Part shown: positions 1-10,487 of the stretch, piece by piece
How positions within the stretch are numbered: position 1 is the stretch's first letter
Layout: every line of letters starts with the position of its first letter
Source of the DNA: Nitrospinaceae bacterium
Lineage (GTDB): Bacteria; Nitrospinota; Nitrospinia; Nitrospinales; Nitrospinaceae
Assembly: GCA_965237905.1 (NCBI GenBank)
Contig: OZ250172.1
Location: 2,688,001 to 2,752,000 of the forward strand
Direction of reading: 5' to 3'
Length of the DNA: 64,000 bases
Program-made: the position numbers and the translations under genes
The notes under the pieces: model-generated
Told to the model about the DNA's origin: nothing
What the model saw: the letters and a program-made list of their open reading frames with translations, nothing else
Databases searched by the model: none

Positions 1-1158
1 GCGCTTCAGCAGGTAGCCTTCGCGTTCGTCGAGCGTGGTGTAAGAGCCCCACGGCTTCTGCACGGTGGCGTGGAGTTTCGTTTCCGGACGTTGTTTATTT
101 TTCAATTCCTCAACCAACTGCTTGACGTCCTGCGCCCGGTCCTTCGGGCAGATCAACAGGGCGTCCGGCGTATCCACCACGATCATGTCCTTGAGTCCCA
201 CCGCGCCGATTATTCGTCCGTCCGCCTTGACGAGGGTGCCGGTGCAGTCGACCTGATACACGTCTTTTGACAATACGTTGCCGTCGCTGTCGGTTTTTGA
301 GATGTCATCCAGCGCGCTCCACGCGCCAACGTCGTTCCACGGCATGGAAGTTGGCACTACCGCCGCATTTTGCGAGGGCTCCATCACCGCATAGTCGATG
401 GAGATGGACGGCAGTGATGCGAAAATTTTCTTGCCCTTGTCGTCGAACACGCGGTAGGGAAATTTGCCTTTCGCGTTTTGGAGATGCTTCCCGATGCCTG
501 CCAGCGGTTCGATCACCTTCGGCGCGTACTGTTGCAATTCTTTGCGGATGGCGAACACCGTCCATGCGAAGATGCCGCAGTTCCAGTAATATTTTTTCTG
601 TTTCAGAAAATGCTCCGCCGTTTCGCGGTCGGGTTTTTCCGTGAACTGGCCGACCTCGAAGGCGTTGTCCAGCTTTTGCAGAGCGTCGCCTTTCAGGATA
701 TAGCCATAGCCCGTTTCCGGGCGCGTCGGTTTCACGCCGAGGGTGACCAGATGGTTTTTCTCCGCCGCCGCCTCCGCCTGGCGCAGGGTGTCCTGGAACG
801 CGTAGGAATCGCTCACCACGTGATCGGCGGGGAACACCGCCATGATTTCCTCCGGCTGGTCCTTGAAGAGTTCCGCCGCCAGAGCGACTGCCGGGGCGGT
901 GTTGCGTCCAACAGGTTCGGCGATCAAATGGTCGGGTGAAAATCCATAGGATGCCAGTTGGCTGAGGGTTTGAAACGCGTGCTGTTCGTTGGTGATGATG
1001 TAAATTCGGTCGATTGGCGTCAACGGCAAAAGGCGCTCCACCGTCTGCTGGATGAGGCTTTGCTCGCCCGCGATATTGAGGAGTTGTTTGGGGTGGCTTT
1101 CCCGGCTGAGCGGCCAGAACCGCTCGCCACTGCCCCCGGCAAGAATGACACTGATCAT
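1..1158 (-). CDS. manC: Mannose-1-phosphate guanylyltransferase / mannose-6-phosphate isomerase (3' end beyond the left edge)
   Basis: Manual translation of the minus strand from ATG at 1158 gives MISVILAGGSGERFWPLSRESHPKQLL, then SISIDYAVME, WNDVGAW and the cupin start KPWGSY. It is absent from the ORF track because there is no stop in the window. Confidence 0.93.
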   Translation of the reverse strand, partial: MISVILAGGSGERFWPLSRESHPKQLLNIAGEQSLIQQTVERLLPLTPIDRIYIITNEQHAFQTLSQLASYGFSPDHLIAEPVGRNTAPAVALAAELFKDQPEEIMAVFPADHVVSDSYAFQDTLRQAEAAAEKNHLVTLGVKPTRPETGYGYILKGDALQKLDNAFEVGQFTEKPDRETAEHFLKQKKYYWNCGIFAWTVFAIRKELQQYAPKVIEPLAGIGKHLQNAKGKFPYRVFDDKGKKIFASLPSISIDYAVMEPSQNAAVVPTSMPWNDVGAWSALDDISKTDSDGNVLSKDVYQVDCTGTLVKADGRIIGAVGLKDMIVVDTPDALLICPKDRAQDVKQLVEELKNKQRPETKLHATVQKPWGSYTTLDEREGYLLKR

Positions 1159-1319
1159 GGAATAGGAAACGCTTGGGGTTGTCGATTAATTCCGGATTTC
1201 CCGAAATAGTGGCTTTCTAAAAGGGTAACACAGCTTTTTCTGAAATGTGAGGGATAACGATTCCGGGTAGAAGGAGAGGATATAAAGAAGAGGTTTGGGG
1301 CAATTTCAGGGTATGAAAA

Positions 1320-1553
1320 TTATTCCTCATCTTGATTTATGAGGTCTTTTGCTTCATTAATCAGTTTTTCCAGAATTTCCAAGGGGATACTTTTGGAGGC
1401 GCAACCATCATGGAATAATATGCGAAAGTCTCCGTTGTCAGATTTATAAATTCCTATCAATATTGTATCCTCTTCGTCCCATATTTCATAAAAAGGCAAC
1501 TCCAAGTTTATATCTGAGCATTTGACCAATTCATATTTTCCTATTTTTTTCAT
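1320..1553 (-). CDS. Small acidic hypothetical protein, immunity-protein-like
   Basis: 77-aa AT-rich ORF, 7 bp from the next co-oriented ORF. Confidence 0.6.
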   Translation of the reverse strand: MKKIGKYELVKCSDINLELPFYEIWDEEDTILIGIYKSDNGDFRILFHDGCASKSIPLEILEKLINEAKDLINQDEE

Positions 1554-1560
1554 AGTTTAT

Positions 1561-1782
1561 TTATTTAAAAATTGCAATGGTGGCGCGGGTTGAGTTTTTT
1601 GTCAGGATTTCGCGGTCTTCAAGATGAAGATGCTCCGGCGCTTTGCGAGTTATTAAATTCTGGCACAGTCCAATAAACTTCTCAAAGCCCTCTCTGGTGC
1701 CGTAAAGTGCAATTTCTCCATCCTGAAACCTGAATTCAATAGAACCATCTTTAAATTCAGGCTCTTTAAATTTTTGATTCAT
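1561..1782 (-). CDS. Imm32-like immunity protein (putative)
   Basis: 73 aa with the pattern GEIALYGTREG...EHLHLED, resembling the Imm32 HxHL signature; upstream GAGG RBS. Confidence 0.55.
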   Translation of the reverse strand: MNQKFKEPEFKDGSIEFRFQDGEIALYGTREGFEKFIGLCQNLITRKAPEHLHLEDREILTKNSTRATIAIFK

Positions 1783-1809
1783 GGTTTTCCTCTTTTATTT
1801 TTATAATAA

Positions 1810-2601
1810 TTATTCATTAGTCGGAGAATTATATTTATCGAGTAATAGAACTACTCGATCATGTCCATATTCCTTCGCAAAATCCTTTGGAGTCATACCT
1901 TCATCATCTTTCAAGTTAGGGTCTGCCCCATTTTTCAAAAGGATTTCAGCCATTTCGTAATAACCATATGCACAAGCATTGTGTAGTGAGGTAGAGCCAT
2001 CAGAACGTATAAAGTTTACATCAGCGCCATTTTCAATGAGTAGTTCTGCCATTTTGGTATTCTCTTCTCCGACAGCTTGAGCTAGGGGGGTAAACCCGGA
2101 TTCATCTTTACTATCTATTTTGGCGCCAGTTTGAATCAAAAATTTCGCGACTTGGATATGCCCCTCTTGCGCGGCCCAATGCAATGGAGAGAATTCGTTT
2201 TCATTATAATCAATTATCCCATTTTTATTTGGATCTGCTCCTGCTTGAATTAGAAGTTGAATGACCTTTAAATGTCCGTGGGCAGATGCCAAGCAAAGGG
2301 GTGTGAAACGAGTTTCCTTGTGTGAAAAGTTCGCCCCATACTGGAGTAATACTTCCACCACTTTTTCGTATCCATTGGAGCAAGCATCCTCCAAGGGACG
2401 ATAACCATCAGAATTGCCGGCATTGATATCAGCACCTTTTTCACACAAAAATTTGACGGTTTCAACGTGGCCACTTCTTGAAGCCATGTGAAGGGGGGTG
2501 TCCTTATCTTTATCAGGCAAATTAATGTCGATTCCACGGTTTAACTGACTCACAATACTTTCAATGTCATTTTGGCAGGCGGCATTATGGATTTTTCTCA
2601 T
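1810..2601 (-). CDS. Ankyrin repeat protein
   Basis: About 7 repeats of the TPLH/xPL..A...GH..V..L...GAD type. Confidence 0.92.
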   Translation of the reverse strand: MRKIHNAACQNDIESIVSQLNRGIDINLPDKDKDTPLHMASRSGHVETVKFLCEKGADINAGNSDGYRPLEDACSNGYEKVVEVLLQYGANFSHKETRFTPLCLASAHGHLKVIQLLIQAGADPNKNGIIDYNENEFSPLHWAAQEGHIQVAKFLIQTGAKIDSKDESGFTPLAQAVGEENTKMAELLIENGADVNFIRSDGSTSLHNACAYGYYEMAEILLKNGADPNLKDDEGMTPKDFAKEYGHDRVVLLLDKYNSPTNE

Positions 2602-2845
2602 AGTACTCTCATCGGTAGAATGAGGAAAATATATAACGACTAGTCCGGTCAGTCAATTTTTGGATCAAGGGAAGCGACGCGGTGCGGGTGCTGGGTGTGG
2701 AGCAATGTGCTGAAAATGTTAAAATAATTCCGGTTTTGGGTGGAAATTCGGCAACTAAATGCCGGTGAAACCATCTCAATGAGCAATAATAAATAATTCA
2801 GTCGGCGGACTAAAATGAGCTATACTGGCTCACTTTTACATAGCT

Positions 2846-2899
2846 GTGTCCCCCTTTCCTTCGGCAAGCTCAGGACAGGCTATTGGCTCAGGGTGACAC
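2846..2899. repeat. REP-like palindromic element (CCTTCGGCAAGCTCAGGACAGG...GCTCAGGGTGAC type)
   Basis: Ends GTGTC...GACAC are inverted, GCTCAGG occurs twice, and the element is intergenic. Confidence 0.5.
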
Positions 2900-2947
2900 C
2901 AATTTTAAAGAAGGGGAGGGGCAATCCCCCTCCGGTATTGAAGGTCT

Positions 2948-3673
2948 ATGGATAACGAGGTCGTCTATCTTTTTCTGATTTTTATTTTCGTCATCACCAT
3001 GGCGGGCGGGTGGATTCCTACCCTCAAACCCTGGTCGCAGAAAGCGTTCCGCATGCTCATCAGTTTTTGCGCGGGGATTCTGCTGGGGGCGGTGTTCTTC
3101 CACATGGTGCCGGAAATCTCTCCCATCCTCGGCAGGAAAATGGGCTTCCCGATCATGCTGGGGTTTCTAGGCATCTACGTGATGGAAAAATTCATCATGG
3201 TGCATCCCTGCGAGGAGGGGGCGTGCGACTATCACAAGATCGGCCTCGCCGCTTATGTCGGCATCGGATTCCACAGCATCCTGGATGGCGTGGCCATCGG
3301 CGCAGGCAATATGCTGAACATCAGTATGGTGATCCTGGTGGCGGTGACCATTCACAAGTTTCCGGCGGCGCTGGCGCTCAGCAGTATCCTGGTGAAGGGC
3401 GGCGAATATTCGCGGCAGAAAATTCTGATTTCCATGTTCATATTCGCGCTGGCGACTCCCATCGGCGCGTTGGTTTCCATGAATGTGATGGATGACCTCA
3501 GTCCCGATCCCATTGGATTTGCGCTGGGGATATCCGCGGGAACGTTCCTCTATATATCCATCGGCGATTTGTTGCCCACCGTCCATGAGGAGGACAAAAA
3601 GAAAAACCTGAATTTGATGCTCCTGTTTGTCGGAATACTGGTGATGTTTCTCTCCACGGGATTGGAGGGATAA
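2948..3673 (+). CDS. ZIP family divalent metal transporter
   Basis: Multi-TM protein with HSILDG and HKFPAA metal-site motifs and an HPCEEGACDYH loop. Confidence 0.9.
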   Translation: MDNEVVYLFLIFIFVITMAGGWIPTLKPWSQKAFRMLISFCAGILLGAVFFHMVPEISPILGRKMGFPIMLGFLGIYVMEKFIMVHPCEEGACDYHKIGLAAYVGIGFHSILDGVAIGAGNMLNISMVILVAVTIHKFPAALALSSILVKGGEYSRQKILISMFIFALATPIGALVSMNVMDDLSPDPIGFALGISAGTFLYISIGDLLPTVHEEDKKKNLNLMLLFVGILVMFLSTGLEG

Positions 3674-3707
3674 TCGTTTTCCGCGCTCCCTCCGGGCCAA
3701 TAGAATC

Positions 3708-5492
3708 ATGAAACGCATTCGAGCTTTTATTCCCTACCTGCTGGCCTATCGATGGGAAATATCGATAGGGATCATTGCTCTCCTGGCGACCGACCTCATC
3801 GGTCTGGCTATTCCCTGGATTCTTAAAAATTTCATCGACCTTCTGCCGCAGAAACCTTCCGGTTCCGAGTTGGCCTGGTATGCGGGATTGCTGTTTCTGG
3901 CGGCGATCGGACAAGGGGTTTCCCGATTCGGGTGGCGAAAATACCTGTTCGGCCCGTCCCGCAAAATCGAAGTCGATATTCTCAACAAATTATTCCTCCA
4001 TCTGCAATCCCTGGACAAAACATTTTTCCAGAATCAGAAAGTGGGCGACCTGATGTCGCGTGCCACCAACGACCTGCGCGCGGTGAAGGATTTTCTGGGG
4101 CTGGGCCTGCTGGTGGTTCTCGATGCGGTGGTGGTGATTATCGCCGCCGTGGGATTAATGATCACCATCAATCCACAGTTGACTTTCTATGCCTTATTGC
4201 CGCTCCCGTTGCTTTCGATTTTATTTTTTGGATTCATCAAAACGATCGGCGTTCGGCACACGGCGATTCAGGAGAACCTTGCGAAAATCACCTCCATGGT
4301 TCAGGAGAACCTGGCGGGGATTCGTGTTCTTCACGCCTTTGTTCAGGAAAAACACGAAATGAAACGGTTCGATGACTTGAACCGGGAACACATCGCCAAG
4401 AACATGGGCCTGGCAAAACTGTTCGGCATATTTACGCCTTCCCTGGTGCTGACGGTCGGTATTGCGGCGTTGATCACCTTATGGGTCGGCGGCAAGGAAG
4501 TCATCGCGCATCAGATGGCGATTCAATCGGGTGAGGTGGTGGAGAATGTGTTCTCCCTCGGTTCCTTTGTCGCCTTCAACGGATATTTGTTGATGTTGTC
4601 GTGGCCGATGATGGCTATCGGTTACGTCACCAACCTGACGCAGAAGGGCCTCGCCGCCATGGAACGTATTCAGGAAATTTTCGATTCCCGGTCGTCCCTG
4701 GTAAAGGAGGATTCCCCCACACCGACGGAACTCGTTGAGGGTGGAATCGAGTTTAAAGATTTGACGTTCAGTTATCCCGGTGAGCCCGATCCCGTACTGG
4801 AGCATATTAATTTGAAAATCGAACCGGGAAGTACGGTGGCCCTGATTGGAATGATCGGTTCCGGAAAAAGCTCGTTCGCGCAATTGATTCCCAGGGTATT
4901 TAACGCGGCGGGGGATTCGATTTTTATCGATGGCCAACCGATCCGGGAAATACCGCTGGACCGGCTACGTGGTCACATCGCTTTTGTGGATCAGGAACCG
5001 TTTTTGTTTTCGACCAGCATCCGCAACAACATCGCTGTGGGAAGGAGCGATGCGACGGATGAAGAAATCAAGGCCATGGTGCGTTGTGTCCATCTGACGC
5101 CGGATTTGGAGCGGTGGCCGCTGGGATTGGAAACGATGGTCGGTGAGCGCGGGGTTTCCCTTTCCGGCGGACAGAAACAGAGAATTGCCCTGGCACGCGC
5201 GTTGATCCGAAATCCAAAAATTCTGATTCTGGATGACGCCTTTTCCAGCCTTGATATCGAGACTGAGGCGATTATCTTGAGCAACATTCAGAAGATCACC
5301 CGGTCACTCACCACGATCCTTATCACGCATCGTTTAACGATCACCCGGCAGGTGGATCAAATTCTGGTGATGGAGCGCGGCCAGATTGTGGAACGCGGCA
5401 ATCATGAAATGCTGATGAAAAACGAAGGCCTGTATCAACGCATGTACAACAACCAGGCGTTGGCGAGGGAAATGGAGATTCTACTGCAATGA
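3708..5492 (+). CDS. ABC exporter, fused permease/ATPase, subunit A (MdlA/TmrA-like)
   Basis: TMD, Walker A GMIGSGKS, LSGGQ and a degenerate Walker B ILDD. Confidence 0.92.
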   Translation: MKRIRAFIPYLLAYRWEISIGIIALLATDLIGLAIPWILKNFIDLLPQKPSGSELAWYAGLLFLAAIGQGVSRFGWRKYLFGPSRKIEVDILNKLFLHLQSLDKTFFQNQKVGDLMSRATNDLRAVKDFLGLGLLVVLDAVVVIIAAVGLMITINPQLTFYALLPLPLLSILFFGFIKTIGVRHTAIQENLAKITSMVQENLAGIRVLHAFVQEKHEMKRFDDLNREHIAKNMGLAKLFGIFTPSLVLTVGIAALITLWVGGKEVIAHQMAIQSGEVVENVFSLGSFVAFNGYLLMLSWPMMAIGYVTNLTQKGLAAMERIQEIFDSRSSLVKEDSPTPTELVEGGIEFKDLTFSYPGEPDPVLEHINLKIEPGSTVALIGMIGSGKSSFAQLIPRVFNAAGDSIFIDGQPIREIPLDRLRGHIAFVDQEPFLFSTSIRNNIAVGRSDATDEEIKAMVRCVHLTPDLERWPLGLETMVGERGVSLSGGQKQRIALARALIRNPKILILDDAFSSLDIETEAIILSNIQKITRSLTTILITHRLTITRQVDQILVMERGQIVERGNHEMLMKNEGLYQRMYNNQALAREMEILLQ

Positions 5493-7282
5493 CGGACGGG
5501 GCGAAAGAAAACCTGGAGAACAAGTACTACGATTGGCCCTTGTTCAAACGTATCCTCGGATATCTGCGCCCGTATCGGATGTTGGTAGTGGTTTCGCTTT
5601 TGCTGTTGCTGGCGGTTTCGACGTTGAACCTGGCCGGTCCCTATCTCACTAAAATAGCGATTGACGATTACATCCGCGTCCAGCAATACGAGGGATTGGA
5701 TCAAATTGCCCTCATTTACATTGCGGTGCTGGCCGGAGCGTTTGTCTGCCAATTTTTGCAGTACATGACCATGCAGTATATCGGACAGAAGGTGATGTTC
5801 GACCTGCGGACCCAGGTGTTTGCGCATCTGCACAAGATGTCCTTCCGGTTTTTTGACCGAAACCCTATCGGTAAAATGATGACCCGCACGGTCAATGACG
5901 TCGAGGTGTTGAATGAAATGCTGACCTCAGGACTGATTCTGGTGTTCAGCGATCTTTTTACGCTGGCAGGAATTTTTCTAATGCTGGCGTGGCTGGACTG
6001 GAGATTGATGCTCATGGTGTGCGCGGTATTTCCCTTTTTATATCTGGCGACGCAGGCATACCGGATACGGGCGCGGGATGCCCTGCGCAAAAACCGCGCG
6101 CATATTACCACCCTCAATTCCACGCTGGAAGAAAACCTTTCCGGAATGACGACGGTTCAATTATTCAATCAGGAAGATGCGCAGTACCAGAAGTTCACGC
6201 AAATCAACCGGGACAAACTCAAGGAAGATTTGAGGTCCCTGCATTACAATTCCATCTATCTGCCTTCCATCGATGTCTTCAGCGCCATCGGGATTGGTTT
6301 GGTGATCTGGTACGGCGGCAGTCGATATGTGCAGGGAGAAGTGTTGCTGGGAGTCCTGGTGGCGTTTCTTATGTATTTGCAGAAGTTTTTCGAACCCATT
6401 CGCGACATGGCGGAGAAATTCAATATCATTCAAACGGCGATGGCATCTTCTGAACGGATATTCGAATTACTGGATACGCCGGAGGAGTTACCCAACCCGG
6501 AACGTCCACAAGCGGTTTCCCGGATTGTAGGCAACATCGAATTTCAAAACGTCTGGTTCGCCTACAATAAAGACGACTATGTTTTGCAAGATGTAAGCTT
6601 TTCGTTAAAACAGGGAGAGAGTTTAGCGATTGTCGGCGCTACGGGGTCTGGTAAATCGACCGTGATCAATACGCTTCTCCGGTTCTACGATATTCAAAAG
6701 GGGCGGATTAGTATCGATGGTGTTTCTCTGAAAGAGATGAACAAGCAGGATCTACGCCGTCAGATGGCGCTGGTTCAGCAGGATGTGTTCCTATTTTCTC
6801 GGAATATCATGGACAATATTCGCCTGGGCAACACGTCTTTGGGGTTGGAGGAGGTGGAATCCGTCGCTCAGTCGGTACACTCGCACCACTTCATCAACAA
6901 TCTTCCGTTTAAGTATGAGCAGGAGTTGATGGAGCGCGGGAGCAGTCTATCCATGGGGCAGAGGCAATTGCTTTCGTTCGCGCGGGCGCTGGCATCTGAT
7001 CCGAGGATTCTGATTCTCGACGAAGCCACCTCCAGTGTCGATACCGAAACGGAACGGCAGATCCAGAACGCCATTCAGGAACTGATGGAAGGGCGGACTT
7101 CGATTATCATCGCGCACCGTTTATCCACGCTGAAAACGGTGGACAAGGTTCTGGTATTGAAACAGGGCAAGGTGCAAGAGTTTGGTACCCGGCAAGAACT
7201 TCTTCGAAATAAGGGAACCTATTACAACCTGCTCAAACTTCAGATGGATCTTTCCGAGAGGAATCCCGACCCTCGTTCATAA
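5489..7282 (+). CDS. ABC exporter, fused permease/ATPase, subunit B (MdlB-like)
   Basis: GATGSGKS, LSMGQ and ILDEATS; 4-bp overlap with the partner gene. Confidence 0.92.
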   Translation: MTDGAKENLENKYYDWPLFKRILGYLRPYRMLVVVSLLLLLAVSTLNLAGPYLTKIAIDDYIRVQQYEGLDQIALIYIAVLAGAFVCQFLQYMTMQYIGQKVMFDLRTQVFAHLHKMSFRFFDRNPIGKMMTRTVNDVEVLNEMLTSGLILVFSDLFTLAGIFLMLAWLDWRLMLMVCAVFPFLYLATQAYRIRARDALRKNRAHITTLNSTLEENLSGMTTVQLFNQEDAQYQKFTQINRDKLKEDLRSLHYNSIYLPSIDVFSAIGIGLVIWYGGSRYVQGEVLLGVLVAFLMYLQKFFEPIRDMAEKFNIIQTAMASSERIFELLDTPEELPNPERPQAVSRIVGNIEFQNVWFAYNKDDYVLQDVSFSLKQGESLAIVGATGSGKSTVINTLLRFYDIQKGRISIDGVSLKEMNKQDLRRQMALVQQDVFLFSRNIMDNIRLGNTSLGLEEVESVAQSVHSHHFINNLPFKYEQELMERGSSLSMGQRQLLSFARALASDPRILILDEATSSVDTETERQIQNAIQELMEGRTSIIIAHRLSTLKTVDKVLVLKQGKVQEFGTRQELLRNKGTYYNLLKLQMDLSERNPDPRS

Positions 7283-7360
7283 AGAAACCTACTAAAATGT
7301 TGCATCCCATTCAAAATTAGTCTACATTTTTCAGTAAGTTATAATTTTGTGGGATTTGCT

Positions 7361-8026
7361 ATGCGAAAATGGATTTGCTACCCGATATTTGTTCTTATGA
7401 GCGTATTCTCCCTGGCGGGGTGTGCCGTGATCGAGTGGACTTACGATGCGGTGGCCGGAACCGTTAAAGGGGTTTATTACGTAACCACCGGAACGGTCAA
7501 AGCCGTATACCACGTCGGCGAGTTTACCTTCAATGTTGTCAAGGCACCTATCGAATGGTCGCTGATGAACGATGACATCGAGACCATCGACGGCTTGCCG
7601 GTAAAAGAAGCCATCCAACAGGGCCGCGTTAAAAACTCTCCTTATCGGGTGAAGGGCAAAAAGTATTATCCTATGACCGTCGCCAAGGCCCAGCGGTATA
7701 AAGAAACGGGCGTGGCTTCCTGGTATGGCAACGAGACGCTCAAGCAGAAAGACGGTCACATGACCGCCAACGGGGAAGCGTTCAATCCCAACGCCCTGTC
7801 GGCGGCGCACAAACATTTGCCCCTGCCCACCAACGTGAAAGTCACCAACCTTCAAAACGGACGTTCGGTGATTGTGAGAGTGAATGATCGCGGCCCGTTC
7901 CCCAGCGACCATAACGCGGCTTCAGGACGGCGTATCATCGACCTCAGTTATGCCGCCGCCAAACAACTCGGTTTCCATGCCCAAGGCACCGCCCGTGTCA
8001 AAGTGGAAACCGTCCAGGCAGGATAA
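7361..8026 (+). CDS. rlpA: Septal ring lytic transglycosylase RlpA family lipoprotein
   Basis: Lipobox LAGC; GVASWYG, TANGE, SAAHK, VRVNDRGP and RIIDLS; no SPOR domain seen. Confidence 0.9.
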   Translation: MRKWICYPIFVLMSVFSLAGCAVIEWTYDAVAGTVKGVYYVTTGTVKAVYHVGEFTFNVVKAPIEWSLMNDDIETIDGLPVKEAIQQGRVKNSPYRVKGKKYYPMTVAKAQRYKETGVASWYGNETLKQKDGHMTANGEAFNPNALSAAHKHLPLPTNVKVTNLQNGRSVIVRVNDRGPFPSDHNAASGRRIIDLSYAAAKQLGFHAQGTARVKVETVQAG

Positions 8027-8183
8027 AGGACTTACCTTCTATAAAAAGTGCTTTAGGTTTTTACGTTAGAGAACTCATTTGTTCTTCGGAAATCTCATGA
8101 GTAATAAATGAAAACTGTAATGTTTCCGATTGAAAAGAGACTTATAAGGGATAGAAATTAGAAAATCGAATGGAAATCTGATT

Positions 8184-8885
8184 ATGGATGAAATTCCCAA
8201 TCACCGAACGATCATTATTACCGGCATCATTGGACTTGCCGCTGCTCTTTTGGTGGGTACCGGTGAGTTCATGTTGCACTATTCGTCCGCTGGCGATTAT
8301 GCAGACGATGGGAACTATGTCTACTTGCTTCATGTCCCGGAATGGCGCTTAACGTGGGGCCATTTTCTGGCTATGTTTGGGGCGCCTTTTTACTTGATAG
8401 GGTATTGGCATATGTACCTTGGCCTCAGGTCCTATGGAAAAATATTACCTCATTTATTTTTCTTTATCAGCGCGTATGGATTTATGTTTGGAGCGGTATG
8501 GATTGGATCTCGCGCGGGGATAGCGTTATTGGCTCAGGCGAACTATGCCGCGGAAGGCCATAACAGTGAGGTATTAAGAGAGCTTATTAATTTTTATATT
8601 CTCCACAGCGAATCGCTACTGCAAGTTATAAGAGTCACCACACTAATCTCATCATTTGCTTTTATATTCATGGTTCTCACGGGAAAAACGCTTTATCCGC
8701 GCTGGATGGCGATATTTAGTCCCATTGTGCTTTTGCTTTTATCATTTGTTCTTTTTGCTGTTGCACCCGAGATCGGGAAATACACCTTACCCATTGCATT
8801 GAATATGGGATACTTCATCTTTTTCTCGCTTTCAACTATGCAACTGGCAAAAGTTTGTAAATCGCGAGAGGAAAAGGCTATATGA
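8184..8885 (+). CDS. Multi-pass membrane protein (DUF6796-like)
   Basis: About 6 hydrophobic segments; overlaps the start of the next gene. Confidence 0.65.
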   Translation: MDEIPNHRTIIITGIIGLAAALLVGTGEFMLHYSSAGDYADDGNYVYLLHVPEWRLTWGHFLAMFGAPFYLIGYWHMYLGLRSYGKILPHLFFFISAYGFMFGAVWIGSRAGIALLAQANYAAEGHNSEVLRELINFYILHSESLLQVIRVTTLISSFAFIFMVLTGKTLYPRWMAIFSPIVLLLLSFVLFAVAPEIGKYTLPIALNMGYFIFFSLSTMQLAKVCKSREEKAI

Positions 8886-10486
8886 AGAAAGTACTCATAA
8901 TTATTCCTGTTGTTCTGATTTTACTAATAATTTTTGTTGCTGTGCGGATGAAGCTGGATGCGAGCGATCCTTATCCTGAAATTGCTGTTGGGGATGTTAC
9001 CGTGCCGACTTTCAAGGAAGTGGAATTTCCTTTTGTTCATAGGCATGACAAAGATAAATCCTTACCCTTTACAGCCTCCGCTGTTATCGACATTGACAAT
9101 GATGGGGTTGAGGAAGTCTTTATCGGCGGGGGGTATCATCAGCCCGATGGCCTGTTTGCCTTTAGGGATGGCAAGTTTGTTGATATTTCCAGTGATCGAG
9201 GCCTGACCAAACAGGATAATGATACGACCTTTGGCTCTGTTGTCATTGACACCAATCATGATGGGACCTCTGACCTTATTGTTTCACGCGATAGTGGAGT
9301 TTACCTCTACACCAACAACAATGGAAAATTCATTGGTGAAAACTTAAATGTCCCTTTAGATAAAAAAACGGCTCCCTTATCCGTTGCTGTTAGCGATCTC
9401 AATCGAGACGGACATTTTGATATGTATGTTTCAGGGTACATTAAAGTCGAATTGGTAGAAGGCCAGAATATCTTCAATAAAGAAGGGTACGGAGGTACCA
9501 GCGCCCTGTTGCTGAATAATGGAGACAATACCTTCCGTAATATTACAGAAGAATCGGGTCTTTACTATCTGCACAATACTTTTCAGGCTGTTTTCATCGA
9601 CTTGGATAACGATCTTCTGGAAGATCTGGTCGTTGCCCACGATACGGGCCAGGTACGCACTTGGAAGAATATGGGGAATTTGAAATTCAAGAACATGCCC
9701 AATCCTAATTCAGAACAATCCAGCTACCCAATGGGTATTGCCGTAGCAGACTACAATAACGATGGACGAGCAGATCTGTTTTTCTCCAATGTCGGTTCCA
9801 CGCCGCCCGGTTTTCTCGTGAAAGGCGATCTGCGAGAAGATCAGGTTTTTAACCGCAAGTGGATATTGTTCCGTAATGACGGAAACTTCAAGTTCACCGA
9901 CGTGGCCGAAGAAACGAAAGTCGCGGATTTTGAGTTTTCCTGGGGAGCGATTTTTGAAGACTTTAATCTGGACGGGTTGCAGGATTTGGTGGTTTCAGAA
10001 AATTACATTGGTTTCCCGCCTCACAAAGCTCCATTCCTGCGCTTGCCGGGAAGGTTTTTATTGCAAAGGCCCGATCACATGTTTGCCGCTGCTGAAGAAA
10101 ATGCGGGTGTTACCAATGCTCTGTTCAGCATTTCCCCACTGTCGGCAGATTTCAATAACGATGGGTACCCGGACTTATTGCATGTGAATCTGAACGGTCC
10201 CGTAAAAGCGTTTATCAATAATGGTGGCAAGAGTAATTTCCTGAAATTAAAATTGCCCGATCATCTGGCCTCAATCGGGTCAACCGTTAAGGTAGTTGCC
10301 GGCTCCGGCAAAACTTATACGGCTCCTTTTATTAGCGGAGAAGGTCTTTGCTCCGATCAAAGCCACATCCTCATTTTTGGTCTTGGGGATGAAGATAAGG
10401 TTCAATCGGTGACCGTACATTATCTGTCGGGATCAAAAAAAGTCATGGAAAATCCAAAAATCAATACCACCGTCCGGGTAAACTGA
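8882..10486 (+). CDS. FG-GAP/VCBS repeat protein with C-terminal ASPIC/UnbV domain (CRTAC1-like)
   Basis: N-terminal anchor; repeated DxNxDG..D motifs (DIDNDG, DLNRDG, DYNNDG, DFNLDG, DFNNDG); C-terminal SGEGLCSDQSHILIFGLG. Confidence 0.85.
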   Translation: MKKVLIIIPVVLILLIIFVAVRMKLDASDPYPEIAVGDVTVPTFKEVEFPFVHRHDKDKSLPFTASAVIDIDNDGVEEVFIGGGYHQPDGLFAFRDGKFVDISSDRGLTKQDNDTTFGSVVIDTNHDGTSDLIVSRDSGVYLYTNNNGKFIGENLNVPLDKKTAPLSVAVSDLNRDGHFDMYVSGYIKVELVEGQNIFNKEGYGGTSALLLNNGDNTFRNITEESGLYYLHNTFQAVFIDLDNDLLEDLVVAHDTGQVRTWKNMGNLKFKNMPNPNSEQSSYPMGIAVADYNNDGRADLFFSNVGSTPPGFLVKGDLREDQVFNRKWILFRNDGNFKFTDVAEETKVADFEFSWGAIFEDFNLDGLQDLVVSENYIGFPPHKAPFLRLPGRFLLQRPDHMFAAAEENAGVTNALFSISPLSADFNNDGYPDLLHVNLNGPVKAFINNGGKSNFLKLKLPDHLASIGSTVKVVAGSGKTYTAPFISGEGLCSDQSHILIFGLGDEDKVQSVTVHYLSGSKKVMENPKINTTVRVN

Positions 10487-10487
10487 C

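Noticed and set aside
65..1209. Several plus-strand ORFs at the window start
   Set aside because: They are antisense to manC, whose frame is open to the window edge.
2705..2800. Possible Fur/Zur box upstream of the ZIP gene
   Set aside because: Only half-site resemblance within AT-rich DNA.
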